This document shows, piece by piece, positions 19,336-28,859 of a DNA stretch of 64,000 nt. Under the pieces are notes generated by a model, which saw only the letters and a program-made list of their open reading frames with translations, had not been told where the DNA came from and ran no database searches. Position 1 is the stretch's first letter, and every line of letters starts with the position of its first letter. Source of the DNA: Patescibacteria group bacterium (GTDB lineage Bacteria; Patescibacteriota; Minisyncoccia; Moranbacterales; UBA2206); the NCBI GenBank assembly GCA_022711335.1, contig JAKLFF010000001.1, forward strand, positions 259,016 to 323,015, in the 5' to 3' direction. Position numbers and translations under genes: made by a program.

Positions 19336-19704
19336 CTAGAAACGGGCATTTTCATCAAGGACTATTTTCTTTTTGAACGATCTTGCTCCCCTTTCTTTCA
19401 ATTCTCTCATTTTATCGCGGTCGCGTGAAATTTGGTTTTTAAGTTCATCAACCGCTAAATCAACAGCTCCTTCTATGCTTTTAGATACTTCTTCTATTCT
19501 ATAAAGATTATATGGCGTATTTATCATAATTTCCGCTCTAAATCCCCCTTTTTTATCCATGCTGATTTCAATCTCGTAGATTGATTCGTTTTCGTTATTG
19601 ATAAATTTGGCAATTTTTTTTATTCTCTTTTCGATATAATCCTGCGTCCTCTCGTCAATTTTTATTCCCCGGCACATCAGCCTCAGACTTGATTGCTTTT
19701 CCAT
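19336..19704 (-). CDS. hpf: Ribosome hibernation promoting factor / S30AE family
   Basis: 122 aa; pattern I.G..I..T.a...I.......KL.K...-...I...V.L...-...F..E..I......L.AxE...DLY.AID.L.DKL..Q as in HPF/RaiA. Confidence 0.7.
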   Translation of the reverse strand: MEKQSSLRLMCRGIKIDERTQDYIEKRIKKIAKFINNENESIYEIEISMDKKGGFRAEIMINTPYNLYRIEEVSKSIEGAVDLAVDELKNQISRDRDKMRELKERGARSFKKKIVLDENARF

Positions 19705-19720
19705 GAATTTTTTTTAATGA

Positions 19721-20740
19721 TTAGAAGCCTACAAATTGAACTTCTTCAATGAGCTGGATATGAAACTTTTCTCTTACTTTTTGCTTGATGAGGCTCGCAA
19801 GTATCACCACATCTTCCGCTTTCCCGCCTCCCAGGTTTATTACAAAATTTCCGTGATTTTCGCTCACCTGGACCCTGCCCACTTTTTTGCCTAAAAAACC
19901 AATTTCTTCAATGAGCCAGCCGGCCGGAATTTTATCGTCTTTGCATTTGAGGCCTGTGTCTGTTTCAAATTGCCTTCTGATTTCTTCGTTTTTAACTGCC
20001 GGGTTTTTAAAGAAACTGCCAGCACTAAATCCTTTAGGTTGCTTTTCAACTCTTTTTTTGATATTTTCTTTTGCCTTAGCTTCTATTTCGGCCTTATCGC
20101 CTTTCTGCAATCTTAATATGACGGAAGTAATAATAAGATTATTACTTTCTTTAAACGTGCTCGTTCTATATCCAAATTTGCAATTCTTATTATCTATAAT
20201 TTTTAATTTTGAATTGTAATTTTGATTTTTGATTTTTGATTTTTGATTTTCGTCATAAATAATATTGGAATTATCCGATGCATTAAAAATTTTTACACTT
20301 TCGACCGCATCTGCCATGCACAATCCAAACGCTCCTGCGTTCCCTCGCGCCGCCCCCCCAATCGTTCCCGGAATTCCCGCCGCCCACTCAAGGCCGCTTA
20401 AATTATTTTCCGCCGAAAACTTAACTAGATTTGCAAGGTTTTCTCCCGCCCAACATTCTACCAAACATTTTTCACTTTGCATTGTCATTTTGCATTTTGA
20501 GATTTGATTTTTGATTTTTATAACCAACCCCTTAAATCCATCATCACTCACCAGGATATTGCTCCCTCCGCCCAGCACAAAAAATTCCAGCTTATTATTT
20601 CTGGCATAATTTAACGCTTCCATCAATTCATCCTCGCTTTTGACTTCGCAAAAAAACCTCGCCGGCCCTCCGATTTTGAAGGTGGTATATGGAGCGAGAG
20701 AGATGTTTTGTTGGATTTTGATCATAACTTTATTTTTCAC
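19721..20740 (-). CDS. murB: UDP-N-acetylenolpyruvoylglucosamine reductase MurB (with low-complexity N/K insertion)
   Basis: LAPYTTFKIGGPARFF...VLGGGSNILVSD FAD-binding N-terminus; C-terminal MurB fold; insertion KNQKSKIKNQNYNSKLKIIDNKN encoded by a ttttgat x4 tandem repeat. Confidence 0.85.
   Translation of the reverse strand: MKNKVMIKIQQNISLAPYTTFKIGGPARFFCEVKSEDELMEALNYARNNKLEFFVLGGGSNILVSDDGFKGLVIKIKNQISKCKMTMQSEKCLVECWAGENLANLVKFSAENNLSGLEWAAGIPGTIGGAARGNAGAFGLCMADAVESVKIFNASDNSNIIYDENQKSKIKNQNYNSKLKIIDNKNCKFGYRTSTFKESNNLIITSVILRLQKGDKAEIEAKAKENIKKRVEKQPKGFSAGSFFKNPAVKNEEIRRQFETDTGLKCKDDKIPAGWLIEEIGFLGKKVGRVQVSENHGNFVINLGGGKAEDVVILASLIKQKVREKFHIQLIEEVQFVGF
20218..20250. repeat. 7-nt tandem repeat (ttttgat)x4 inside murB coding sequence
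   Basis: Direct reading of 20217-20250; unit length not a multiple of 3. Confidence 0.8.
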
Positions 20741-23510
20741 TCTTTCTTATCTCTTCCCAAAAATACACTGCCAGAGTTGTGACGGCAACTACCAGCCAGT
20801 CTTTGGAGTCTATGGGAAATGTACCCAAATATTTTTGGCAAAACGGGAGATACATGAATAATAACAGCATAAAGACAGAAATGAAAATCGCTCCGATGGC
20901 ATATTTATTTTTGAAAAATCCAAGCTGGAAGGGAGTCAGCTTTTTGCTCCGGGACTGCAGGAGATTAGCCATCTGCGTCATGGAAATGACGGCATAAGCC
21001 GCTGTCGTTGATTTTATATACAGCAGGGCGCTCGAATCGATTTTCATCCCGAAATGCCAGCCGCCGCGCATCATGGACCAGAGAAAAGCAATAACGGCGC
21101 CTGTCGCCATAATAATTCCAATGTAGATAATTCTCCTGAAGCCCCGGATGCTTATGATGGCTTCTTCTGAATTAATTTTATTTTTCTTATTTTTCTTATG
21201 TTCCGGTTCCGGAGGTTCGAGACCGAGCGCGAAGGAAGGAAATATATCCGTTCCCAGATCAGTAGCTAATATCTGGATGGCTGATATTGGAGAAGGGATT
21301 TGCAAAATCACTCCGAATATGACCGTCAGCAGCTCGCTGGCATTTGACGTAAAGACATAATGGACGAATTTTTTGAGATTCTGGAAAATTGTCCGGCCTT
21401 CCTTTATTCCCTTTACAATCGATGAAAAATTGTCATCCATAAGAATCATGTCAGAGGCTTCTTTGGAAACATCCGAGCCCATGATACCCATGGCAACGCC
21501 GATGTCCGCTTTTTTTAGCGCCGGCGCGTCATTAACGCCGTCCCCTGTCATAGCGATTATTTCATTGTTATTTTTCAGGATTGTCGCAATTCTCAATTTT
21601 TGTTCCGGCGCAATCCTTGCAAACACGCACACGCCATTTTTAATAGATTTATATATATCCTTGTCGGTTAATTTATTCAGCATTTTTCCATCAATTACCG
21701 CCAAAGGTTCGACCTTCGGAATTCCGAAGGTCGAACCTTTGGAATTGTTGCTAATAAGTCCAATATTTCTAGCAATCGCTTCGGCAGTAATTGAATAATC
21801 TCCGGTAATCATAATCGGATTAATTCCGAGATTTTTACATTCTAAAATTGCCTTGCCCACATCTTCGCGCGGAGGATCAATCATAGCCATCATGCCCAGC
21901 CAAACCAGGTTTTTTTCCGATTCCGCATGATATTCTTCCGGTCTTATTTTTTTCAAATCGCGATAAGCGAATGCCAGCACGCGAAGAGATTCCAAAGACA
22001 TCGAATTATATATCGCTTTAATTTTTTCCTTTTGGGCGGCGCTAAATGGTCCGATCCTGCCTTCAATGCTTATTGAGCCGCAAAGATCAATAATGACATC
22101 CGGCGATCCTTTGACATAGGAAACAGCTTTTTTTTCCTTGTCTCTGTAAACTACGCTCATTTTCATCCGTTCCAATGAAAAAGGATTTTCGGTAATTTTT
22201 ATTTCTCCAGCTTCCAAATATTTTTCTTTTATGTCATATTTCCTGGCCGCTACGACCAAAGATCCTTCGGTCGGATCACCGATAATTTTCCAGCGCCCGT
22301 CTCTATCTTTCACTAAATTGGCATCATTGCACAAGACGCCTGTCTTAAAAACCAAATCAAGGTTTTTGATTTTGCTCTGGTCAATTATTCTCCCGTTATC
22401 CAAAAAATTCCCTTCAGGTTCATAGCCGGCTCCGGTTATTTCTATTATTTTTTCCCCTAAAACTACTCTGGTCACAGTCAATTCATTTTTCGTGATCGTT
22501 CCGGTTTTGTCAGTGCAAACTATGGAAACCGAGCCTAAAGTTTCAACGGCATTCAACTTTTTGGCCAAAACATTGTCTTTGAGAAGGCGTTTCATCCCCA
22601 ATGAAAGCGCTACAGAAATGGCTGCCGGAAGTCCTTCTGGAACAACCGAAACAGCCAAAGCCAAAGCAAATAGAAAATTTTGATACAGGGACATTTTGAA
22701 ATACTGCCCGGCAACAACTACGATAATCCCAATGAGAACCGCCAGAATTGTAACATCTTTTCCGAGAGCCCTCATTTGTTTCTGCATGGGAGTGGCTTCA
22801 TCTTTCACTTCCTGGGTAAGATGGGCTATTTTTCCAAGCTCTGTTTCCATTCCAGTAGCTGTGACCGCAAACCGAGCTTCGCCCGTGGCTACTGTTTCGC
22901 CCATATAAACCATATTTTGGATGTCAGAAAGCAACAAATTTTTTTCATAAACAATTTTTGCCTTTTTCTTTTTCGGTTTTGATTCTCCCGTAAAAATATA
23001 GCTGTTTACCCGAAGATCATAGCTTTCCAAGATATATCCGTCTGCAGGAATGTTGTCTCCTGAAGCTATATAAACCACATCGCCGGGAACCAGATTTTTC
23101 GTATTTATTTCCCTCTTCACTCCGTCTCTTATGACAATTGTTCTGTCATTAGTAAGTTTTCTTATGCTGTCCAATATCTTTTCTGCTTTCCATTCCTGAA
23201 AAAATCCGATTGCGGCATTAATAAAAACGATAATTAAAATTATCGCTACGTCTCTTGCTTCGTGGAAATAGAAAGCTAAAACTGCTGCAACTAAAAGGAT
23301 CCAGACTAACGCGTCATTAAATTGGTTAAAAATCAATTTCAGCCATTTCCAGCGCCTTTTTTTCTCTATTTTGTTCAATCCAAACCCCAAAAGCCTTCTT
23401 TCAGCCTCTTCTCCGTCAAGACCGGTCAGCTTGGTGTGGAATTTATTTATAATTTCTCGCGGTGTCAGGTTGTAGATTTTTTTTGTGCTTTTTTCGTTTT
23501 GTTTTGGCAT
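20730..23510 (-). CDS. P-type cation-transporting ATPase (type II, Ca2+/Mg2+-ATPase-like)
   Basis: 926 aa: cation_ATPase_N, CTDKTGTITKNELT phosphorylation motif, MTGDGVNDAPALKKADIGVAMG hinge, 10 TM. Confidence 0.9.
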   Translation of the reverse strand: MPKQNEKSTKKIYNLTPREIINKFHTKLTGLDGEEAERRLLGFGLNKIEKKRRWKWLKLIFNQFNDALVWILLVAAVLAFYFHEARDVAIILIIVFINAAIGFFQEWKAEKILDSIRKLTNDRTIVIRDGVKREINTKNLVPGDVVYIASGDNIPADGYILESYDLRVNSYIFTGESKPKKKKAKIVYEKNLLLSDIQNMVYMGETVATGEARFAVTATGMETELGKIAHLTQEVKDEATPMQKQMRALGKDVTILAVLIGIIVVVAGQYFKMSLYQNFLFALALAVSVVPEGLPAAISVALSLGMKRLLKDNVLAKKLNAVETLGSVSIVCTDKTGTITKNELTVTRVVLGEKIIEITGAGYEPEGNFLDNGRIIDQSKIKNLDLVFKTGVLCNDANLVKDRDGRWKIIGDPTEGSLVVAARKYDIKEKYLEAGEIKITENPFSLERMKMSVVYRDKEKKAVSYVKGSPDVIIDLCGSISIEGRIGPFSAAQKEKIKAIYNSMSLESLRVLAFAYRDLKKIRPEEYHAESEKNLVWLGMMAMIDPPREDVGKAILECKNLGINPIMITGDYSITAEAIARNIGLISNNSKGSTFGIPKVEPLAVIDGKMLNKLTDKDIYKSIKNGVCVFARIAPEQKLRIATILKNNNEIIAMTGDGVNDAPALKKADIGVAMGIMGSDVSKEASDMILMDDNFSSIVKGIKEGRTIFQNLKKFVHYVFTSNASELLTVIFGVILQIPSPISAIQILATDLGTDIFPSFALGLEPPEPEHKKNKKNKINSEEAIISIRGFRRIIYIGIIMATGAVIAFLWSMMRGGWHFGMKIDSSALLYIKSTTAAYAVISMTQMANLLQSRSKKLTPFQLGFFKNKYAIGAIFISVFMLLLFMYLPFCQKYLGTFPIDSKDWLVVAVTTLAVYFWEEIRKSEK
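21701..21742. repeat. 42-bp perfect palindrome (CCAAAGGTTCGACCTTCGGAATTCCGAAGGTCGAACCTTTGG) inserted in-frame within the P-type ATPase gene
   Basis: Reverse complement identical to itself over 42 nt; encodes SKGSTFGIPKVEPL in the variable linker between ITGD and the hinge motif, on both strands. Confidence 0.95.
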
Positions 23511-23552
23511 TAATGAATAATTTTTTTATTTTTCTTTTCCGCCATAGGCGGA

Positions 23553-24977
23553 TCAGCCTTTGGCTGACAATTTTTCCACCACTTCCCATCCGTTTCCAGC
23601 TCCCATTGTAATCACCACATCGGTAGGACCGATGCGACTTTTCAGATGCTCAACAACTTTTTCAATGGTCGGAATGTAATCTGCTTTTCCCCGCTCGTAG
23701 CGGTTAATTAAATCAACTAACTCTTGCGAATGAACTCCTCCCTGGACTTCCCGGGCGCTGCCGTAGATGTCCAAAATTATCACTTTATTGGCATCGGCAA
23801 AGCTTTGGGAAAATTCGCTAAGCAACGTTTTTGTTCTCGTATAGGTATGCGGATGGAAAACCACCAGAATATTTTTTTCCGGATAAATTTCTCTGGCAGC
23901 GCCAAGCGTTGCCCTTATCTCTTCCGGATGATGCCCGTAATCATCGATAAGAATGGCGCCGTTTCGTTCGCCGATATATTCGAAACGACGGGAAGTTCCC
24001 TGAAATTCAGCAAGCCCTTCCCGCACCTTTTCCATATCCAAATTTAGTCTCTTGCAAGCCGCGATAACAGCGGCAGCATTAAGCGCATTGTGCCGGCCGA
24101 ATAAATTTATTTCAAATTTTCCCAGATTTTCTTCTTTATAAATAGCTTTAAAAGCCTGGGTTTTATTTTTTACAATATCCAGCTTTTCGGCAATTTCTTC
24201 CTGAATTTTAGTGCCGACAATTTCAATTTTTAGGTCATTTTCTTCGCCAAACCCATATTTTATTACTTCGCACCCGGCGCTTTGGGCTACTTCCAGCGTA
24301 TCCACGCTGTCTCCCCATACCGTCAGAAATCCGCCTTTAGGAATTTTGTCCATAAATTCTTTGAAAACTTTTTTATATTCTTCAAAATCTTTGAAATAGT
24401 CAGGATGATCAAAACCGCAGCTGGTAAAAATTACTGCTTTGGGATTATATAAGCTTAATTTTCCCTGATATTCATCCGTTTCTGCCACAAAATATTCTCC
24501 TTTCCCCAAGAGTGCATTTCCATTCCAATTTGCCACTTTGCTTCCAACAACCGCTTGGGGATCGACTTCGGCAGTTTTCAAAACATGCGCCAGCATAGCC
24601 GAAGTGGTTGTTTTTCCGTGCGTACCGCAAACAGCAATGCCATATTTTTGATTGAAAAGATATGCCAGCATTTCCGGATAGCTGATCATAGGCATATTTT
24701 TTTCTTTGGCCGCCTTGAATTCGGAATTATTGTTTTCATTGTAAGCCGTAGAATAAATCACCAGATCGGCATCATTTAGAATATTTTTTGGATCAAATTT
24801 TTCTTTGTATCTTATTTTCAGCTTTTTCAGCGTTGCATCCGTAAAAAATTTTTCTTTCGTGTCCGAACCGGAAATTTCAATTCCCAAAGAATGTAAAATT
24901 TCCACAACGGCAACAACGCCGGAACCTTTGATGCCGATAACATGCACTTTTTTTATTTTCTTCAAATCTATGTTCAT
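23553..24977 (-). CDS. murC: UDP-N-acetylmuramate--L-alanine ligase MurC
   Basis: HVIGIKGSGVVAV... GIAVCGTHGKTTTSAML P-loop; Mur ligase middle and C-terminal domains. Confidence 0.9.
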   Translation of the reverse strand: MNIDLKKIKKVHVIGIKGSGVVAVVEILHSLGIEISGSDTKEKFFTDATLKKLKIRYKEKFDPKNILNDADLVIYSTAYNENNNSEFKAAKEKNMPMISYPEMLAYLFNQKYGIAVCGTHGKTTTSAMLAHVLKTAEVDPQAVVGSKVANWNGNALLGKGEYFVAETDEYQGKLSLYNPKAVIFTSCGFDHPDYFKDFEEYKKVFKEFMDKIPKGGFLTVWGDSVDTLEVAQSAGCEVIKYGFGEENDLKIEIVGTKIQEEIAEKLDIVKNKTQAFKAIYKEENLGKFEINLFGRHNALNAAAVIAACKRLNLDMEKVREGLAEFQGTSRRFEYIGERNGAILIDDYGHHPEEIRATLGAAREIYPEKNILVVFHPHTYTRTKTLLSEFSQSFADANKVIILDIYGSAREVQGGVHSQELVDLINRYERGKADYIPTIEKVVEHLKSRIGPTDVVITMGAGNGWEVVEKLSAKG

Positions 24978-25110
24978 AATTTATAAGTCATAAATCCGAA
25001 TATCGAAATTCGAAACAATATATAAATCAAAATACTTAAAATTCAAAACAGTTTTGGTCATTTGAATTTAATATTTTTAATTTGTTTCGGATTTCGTGCT
25101 TCGAATTTCT

Positions 25111-26223
25111 TTATTTAACCATTCCTAATATTCCGTCCGCTATCCGCTGTGCCGCGTCTGGATGATAAAAAGCTCGTATATTGGAGGATAACTTATTCCT
25201 CAATTCTTCATTTTCCATTATTTCATTGATTTTGGAAAGAAGCATGTGCTCCCCCAGATTATTTTCTTCTAAAACGACGCAGCCTCCGGTCTTGGCAATA
25301 GAATAGGCGTTCATTCGCTGATGGTCGTTGGCTGATCCGGAAAGCGGAATTATTATGGAAGGCTTTCCTGCCGCTGCCAATTCGGAAATATTCGATGCTC
25401 CGGCTCTGGAAATCGCCAGGTCAGAAAGAGCCAATATATCCCCTATTTCATCTCCATAAAAAGCTACCGGATAATACCCTCCATGTCCGACCTTGATGCC
25501 AAGTTCGCCCGCCACATGTTTCACTTCTTCAAAATCGCTCTCGCCTGTTTGATGGATTATCTGGTATTTATGCAAGAGTTCCGGAAGAATATTGAGTATT
25601 TTGTTGTTTATATTCCTTGATCCCTGCGATCCTCCGGCAACAAATATAACTTTCTTGGAATCATCAAATTTAAATGTTTCTTTGGCTCTTGATTTATCTC
25701 CGTTTTTTATTTCCTCGCGAACCGGATTTCCAGTAAGAACAACCTGGTCTGCGGGAAAATATTTTTCGGCTTCCGGATAAGAAACGGCTACTCTTTTAGA
25801 AAATTTTGCCAGCACTGAATTGGCCAAACCCGGATTAGCATCTGATTCATGGATAAGAACCGGTATTCGATAAATCCATCCGGCTAAAACCACCGGAAGA
25901 GAAGCATAGCCGCCTTTGCCAAAAATAGCATCCGGCATATAGACGAGCAGATACCAAAGCGCCTGCAAAATTCCGACTGGGATTTTGAAAAAATCGATAA
26001 AATTGAGCAGAGAAAAATATCTTCTTATTTTTCCCGATGCAATTTTTTTCGCCGGAATGCCTGATTTTTCCATAACATCTTTTTCCATTTTCCCGCCCGG
26101 CCCCATAAAAATAAATTCGCACTCGGGAACTTTTTCTTTTATTTTTTTGGCAACCGTAACTAGAGGAATCAGATGGCCTCCGGTGCCGCCGCCGGTAAGA
26201 ACGATTCTCATATTAATTTTCAA
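25111..26223 (-). CDS. murG: Undecaprenyldiphospho-muramoylpentapeptide beta-N-acetylglucosaminyltransferase MurG
   Basis: MRIVLTGGGTGGHLIPLVTVA N-terminal signature; GT-B fold C-terminal region. Confidence 0.9.
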   Translation of the reverse strand: MKINMRIVLTGGGTGGHLIPLVTVAKKIKEKVPECEFIFMGPGGKMEKDVMEKSGIPAKKIASGKIRRYFSLLNFIDFFKIPVGILQALWYLLVYMPDAIFGKGGYASLPVVLAGWIYRIPVLIHESDANPGLANSVLAKFSKRVAVSYPEAEKYFPADQVVLTGNPVREEIKNGDKSRAKETFKFDDSKKVIFVAGGSQGSRNINNKILNILPELLHKYQIIHQTGESDFEEVKHVAGELGIKVGHGGYYPVAFYGDEIGDILALSDLAISRAGASNISELAAAGKPSIIIPLSGSANDHQRMNAYSIAKTGGCVVLEENNLGEHMLLSKINEIMENEELRNKLSSNIRAFYHPDAAQRIADGILGMVK

Positions 26224-26333
26224 TTATCAATAATCAATTTACAACAAATTACCGCTGATTAATTTTCAATTATTATTTCTTATGAATTGTGAATTGAAAA
26301 TTGATTGTAAATTGAAAATTGCAAATTATTTTT
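26224..26333. promoter_or_regulatory. AT-rich intergenic region ftsW-murG with repeated TTGAAAATT / AATTTTCAA half-sites forming a large imperfect palindrome
   Basis: aattttcaattat x2 followed by aattgaaaattg x2 in inverted orientation. Confidence 0.3.
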
Positions 26334-27437
26334 TTAATTTATCTCTGAGTGTTTCGATATATTAAGCAGTATTCCCACTCCTGCCATCAAAAAAACCAGC
26401 GATGTTCCTCCGTAGCTTATAAAAGGCAGCGGGATTCCGGTAAGCGGGATCAATCCGCAAATCGCAGAAATATTGATGGAAGCCTGGCATATTATCCAGC
26501 TGGAAATTCCGATGGCCACCAGTTTCGCAAATCTATCCGGAGCATGCCGAGCAATTTTCAATCCCCGAAAAGCAAAAAAAACGAAAAGGGAAACGAGAAA
26601 GACCGCCCCCAGCATCCCCAGCTCTTCCCCTATTATAGCAAAAATAGAATCTCCGACTGGTTCCGGAAGATAATTGAACTTTTGAAGGCTGTTTCCCAGG
26701 CCGAGGCCGAAAATTCCCCCGGAACCGATAGCTAAAAGCGCCTGGTTTATTTGATATCCGATGCCTCGAGGATCTAATTCCGGGTGAAGATACACCAAAA
26801 GCCTGTTCATCCGATAAGATTCCATCTTAACAAGAGCCATAAGACTCAAAAATCCGCCAATAATTATCATTGCTATATGCGAAAGTTTGGCTCCGGAAAT
26901 AAAAAATATCGACATCGAAATCAAAATTATAACTCCCAATGTCCCCATGTCCGGCTGCTTAATCAGCAAAAAACTTACAAAACCGATTATCATAAGGAAA
27001 GGAACCAGCCCTTCATAAAAATCGCGCACTCGTTCATGCCGGTTTTCAAGCCAAGCCGCAAGATAAATAATAATAGAAAGCTTGAGCATTTCCGAAGGCT
27101 GGAAAGAAAAAGATCCCAATTGGAGCCAGCGGCTGGCACCATAGATCCGCGATTCAAATCCGGGAACAAAAACCAAAATCAGCAAAATTATGCTAACGAT
27201 AAAAAGCGGAAAAGATATTTCTTTCCAAAATTTATAGTTTATTTTTTGCGCCACGAAAAGAACAATAAGACCGGGAATAACTCCATAAAAAAGCTGCCTT
27301 TTAAAGAAAAAATAGGAATCGCCAAAGCGGGTTCTGGAATAAGCAATTCCAGCCGAAGCGATCATGACCAGGCCAAATATAACAAGCGTCATGAGAACCA
27401 GCAGCAATGTTTTATCTGATGATTTTGTTTTAGACAT
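26334..27437 (-). CDS. ftsW: SEDS-family cell division/peptidoglycan glycosyltransferase FtsW/RodA (start at internal MSKTKSSDK)
   Basis: 10-TM SEDS protein in dcw context (ftsW-murG-murC). Confidence 0.85.
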   Translation of the reverse strand: MSKTKSSDKTLLLVLMTLVIFGLVMIASAGIAYSRTRFGDSYFFFKRQLFYGVIPGLIVLFVAQKINYKFWKEISFPLFIVSIILLILVFVPGFESRIYGASRWLQLGSFSFQPSEMLKLSIIIYLAAWLENRHERVRDFYEGLVPFLMIIGFVSFLLIKQPDMGTLGVIILISMSIFFISGAKLSHIAMIIIGGFLSLMALVKMESYRMNRLLVYLHPELDPRGIGYQINQALLAIGSGGIFGLGLGNSLQKFNYLPEPVGDSIFAIIGEELGMLGAVFLVSLFVFFAFRGLKIARHAPDRFAKLVAIGISSWIICQASINISAICGLIPLTGIPLPFISYGGTSLVFLMAGVGILLNISKHSEIN

Positions 27438-27552
27438 AAAAATAATGCAAAAATCAAATCTCAAACTGAAAAATGACAAATCAAAATGCAAAAAATTGAT
27501 TTTGTCAACCCGAGGCTGATCCGATTTCGGCGGAAATTTTACATTGTCATTT

Positions 27553-28251
27553 TTATTTTTTATTTTTAAATTTTGATTTTGCCTTTCTCCATTCCTCTAT
27601 CTCTTTATGATTCCCACCCAATAACACTTCCGGCACTTTCCACTGCATAAATTCTTCAGGCTTTGTATATTGGGGGTGTTCCAGATAACCTTCCTGATTA
27701 TGCGATTCGCTGACTGGGCTTTGTGCATTTCCCAAAACGCCTGGGATCAGCCTGGTTGTGGAATCAACAAGAACCATAGCCGGGATTTCTCCGCCCGTTA
27801 GGACATAATCGCCGATGGAAATTTCTTCGTCCGCGACATATTTTGCTACTCGCTCATCCACTCCTTCATATCTTCCGCAAATCAGAATTAAATTATCATA
27901 TTTCAAAAGCCGCTTTGCATCCGCTTGAACATATCTCTTGCCCTTAGCGGAAAATAAAATAGTTCGTTCGCGAAGCGAACTCTTTAATTTTGAGTTTTGA
28001 CCTTTAAATTTTGAATTATAGTTATTTTTAATAAACTCCACGCATTTATAAATTGGTTCTATTTTCAATACCATCCCGACACCGCCACCATATGGCGTGT
28101 CATCGACGGTTTTATGCTTATCTTCGGTCCAATCGCGCAAATTATGGACTTTAATTTCTACTTGGTTGTTTTTTTGAGCACGTCGAACAATCGACTCTGA
28201 AAAGTAAGCATCGAAAATATGCGGAAAAATTGTGATTATATCAAACTTCAT
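27553..28251 (-). CDS. trmD: tRNA (guanine37-N1)-methyltransferase TrmD (with low-complexity insertion [15 protein letters not shown])
   Basis: [17 protein letters not shown]...; SPOUT knot region; insertion not found in typical TrmD. Confidence 0.9.
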   Translation of the reverse strand: MKFDIITIFPHIFDAYFSESIVRRAQKNNQVEIKVHNLRDWTEDKHKTVDDTPYGGGVGMVLKIEPIYKCVEFIKNNYNSKFKGQNSKLKSSLRERTILFSAKGKRYVQADAKRLLKYDNLILICGRYEGVDERVAKYVADEEISIGDYVLTGGEIPAMVLVDSTTRLIPGVLGNAQSPVSESHNQEGYLEHPQYTKPEEFMQWKVPEVLLGGNHKEIEEWRKAKSKFKNKK

Positions 28252-28334
28252 ATGGTTTAATCTTAGCACAAAAAAGTGAACTAAAAAAGGCCGCAGCGGC
28301 CTTTTTTAGTTGATATTTAAAAGTTTTCGGATGC

Positions 28335-28655
28335 TTAAACGTTGATATCTCCTACAACTTCATCAATACTTCTTTTGTCAGAACGCGCTTTTTTCTCGCT
28401 TCCTTCCGGTTCATTGATCTTAAGGTTCACTCGAGCGTTGTTTTTTGCTCCGATAACTCGAAGAAGAGTTCGAAGAGCTTTCGCTGTTGCGCCTTCTCGA
28501 CCAATTATCATTCCCATATCCTCCGGATTGACATCCAAAGTGATAAGGACGCCCATTTCGTCGATCTTTCTTTCAACTTTCACGTCTTCAGGATGATTTA
28601 CGATTTGCCTTACGACAAAATCGACAAATTCCTGATCAGTTGCTCTCTCTGCCAT
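28335..28655 (-). CDS. khpA: KH-domain RNA-binding protein KhpA-like (UPF0109), chromosomal copy upstream of trmD
   Basis: 106 aa; classical rpsP-khpA-rimM-trmD neighbourhood (rpsP and rimM not present here). Confidence 0.7.
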   Translation of the reverse strand: MAERATDQEFVDFVVRQIVNHPEDVKVERKIDEMGVLITLDVNPEDMGMIIGREGATAKALRTLLRVIGAKNNARVNLKINEPEGSEKKARSDKRSIDEVVGDINV

Positions 28656-28859
28656 TTTGGTAATTCTAGAATTAAGTATTATTTCTCCGGATTTATCCGG
28701 AGATTCTTGCCATATCGCAAGAATTGTTGTATTTTAAAGCAAGGTTTGCAGTTGAAACATCGACCGGCTTCCCCTTTTCCGCCTGAAAGGCGTTTTCCCT
28801 GCTTTCTTGCCATATTATAGTTTATATCAACAGCTTTGTCAAACAGAAAAATATTTCAT

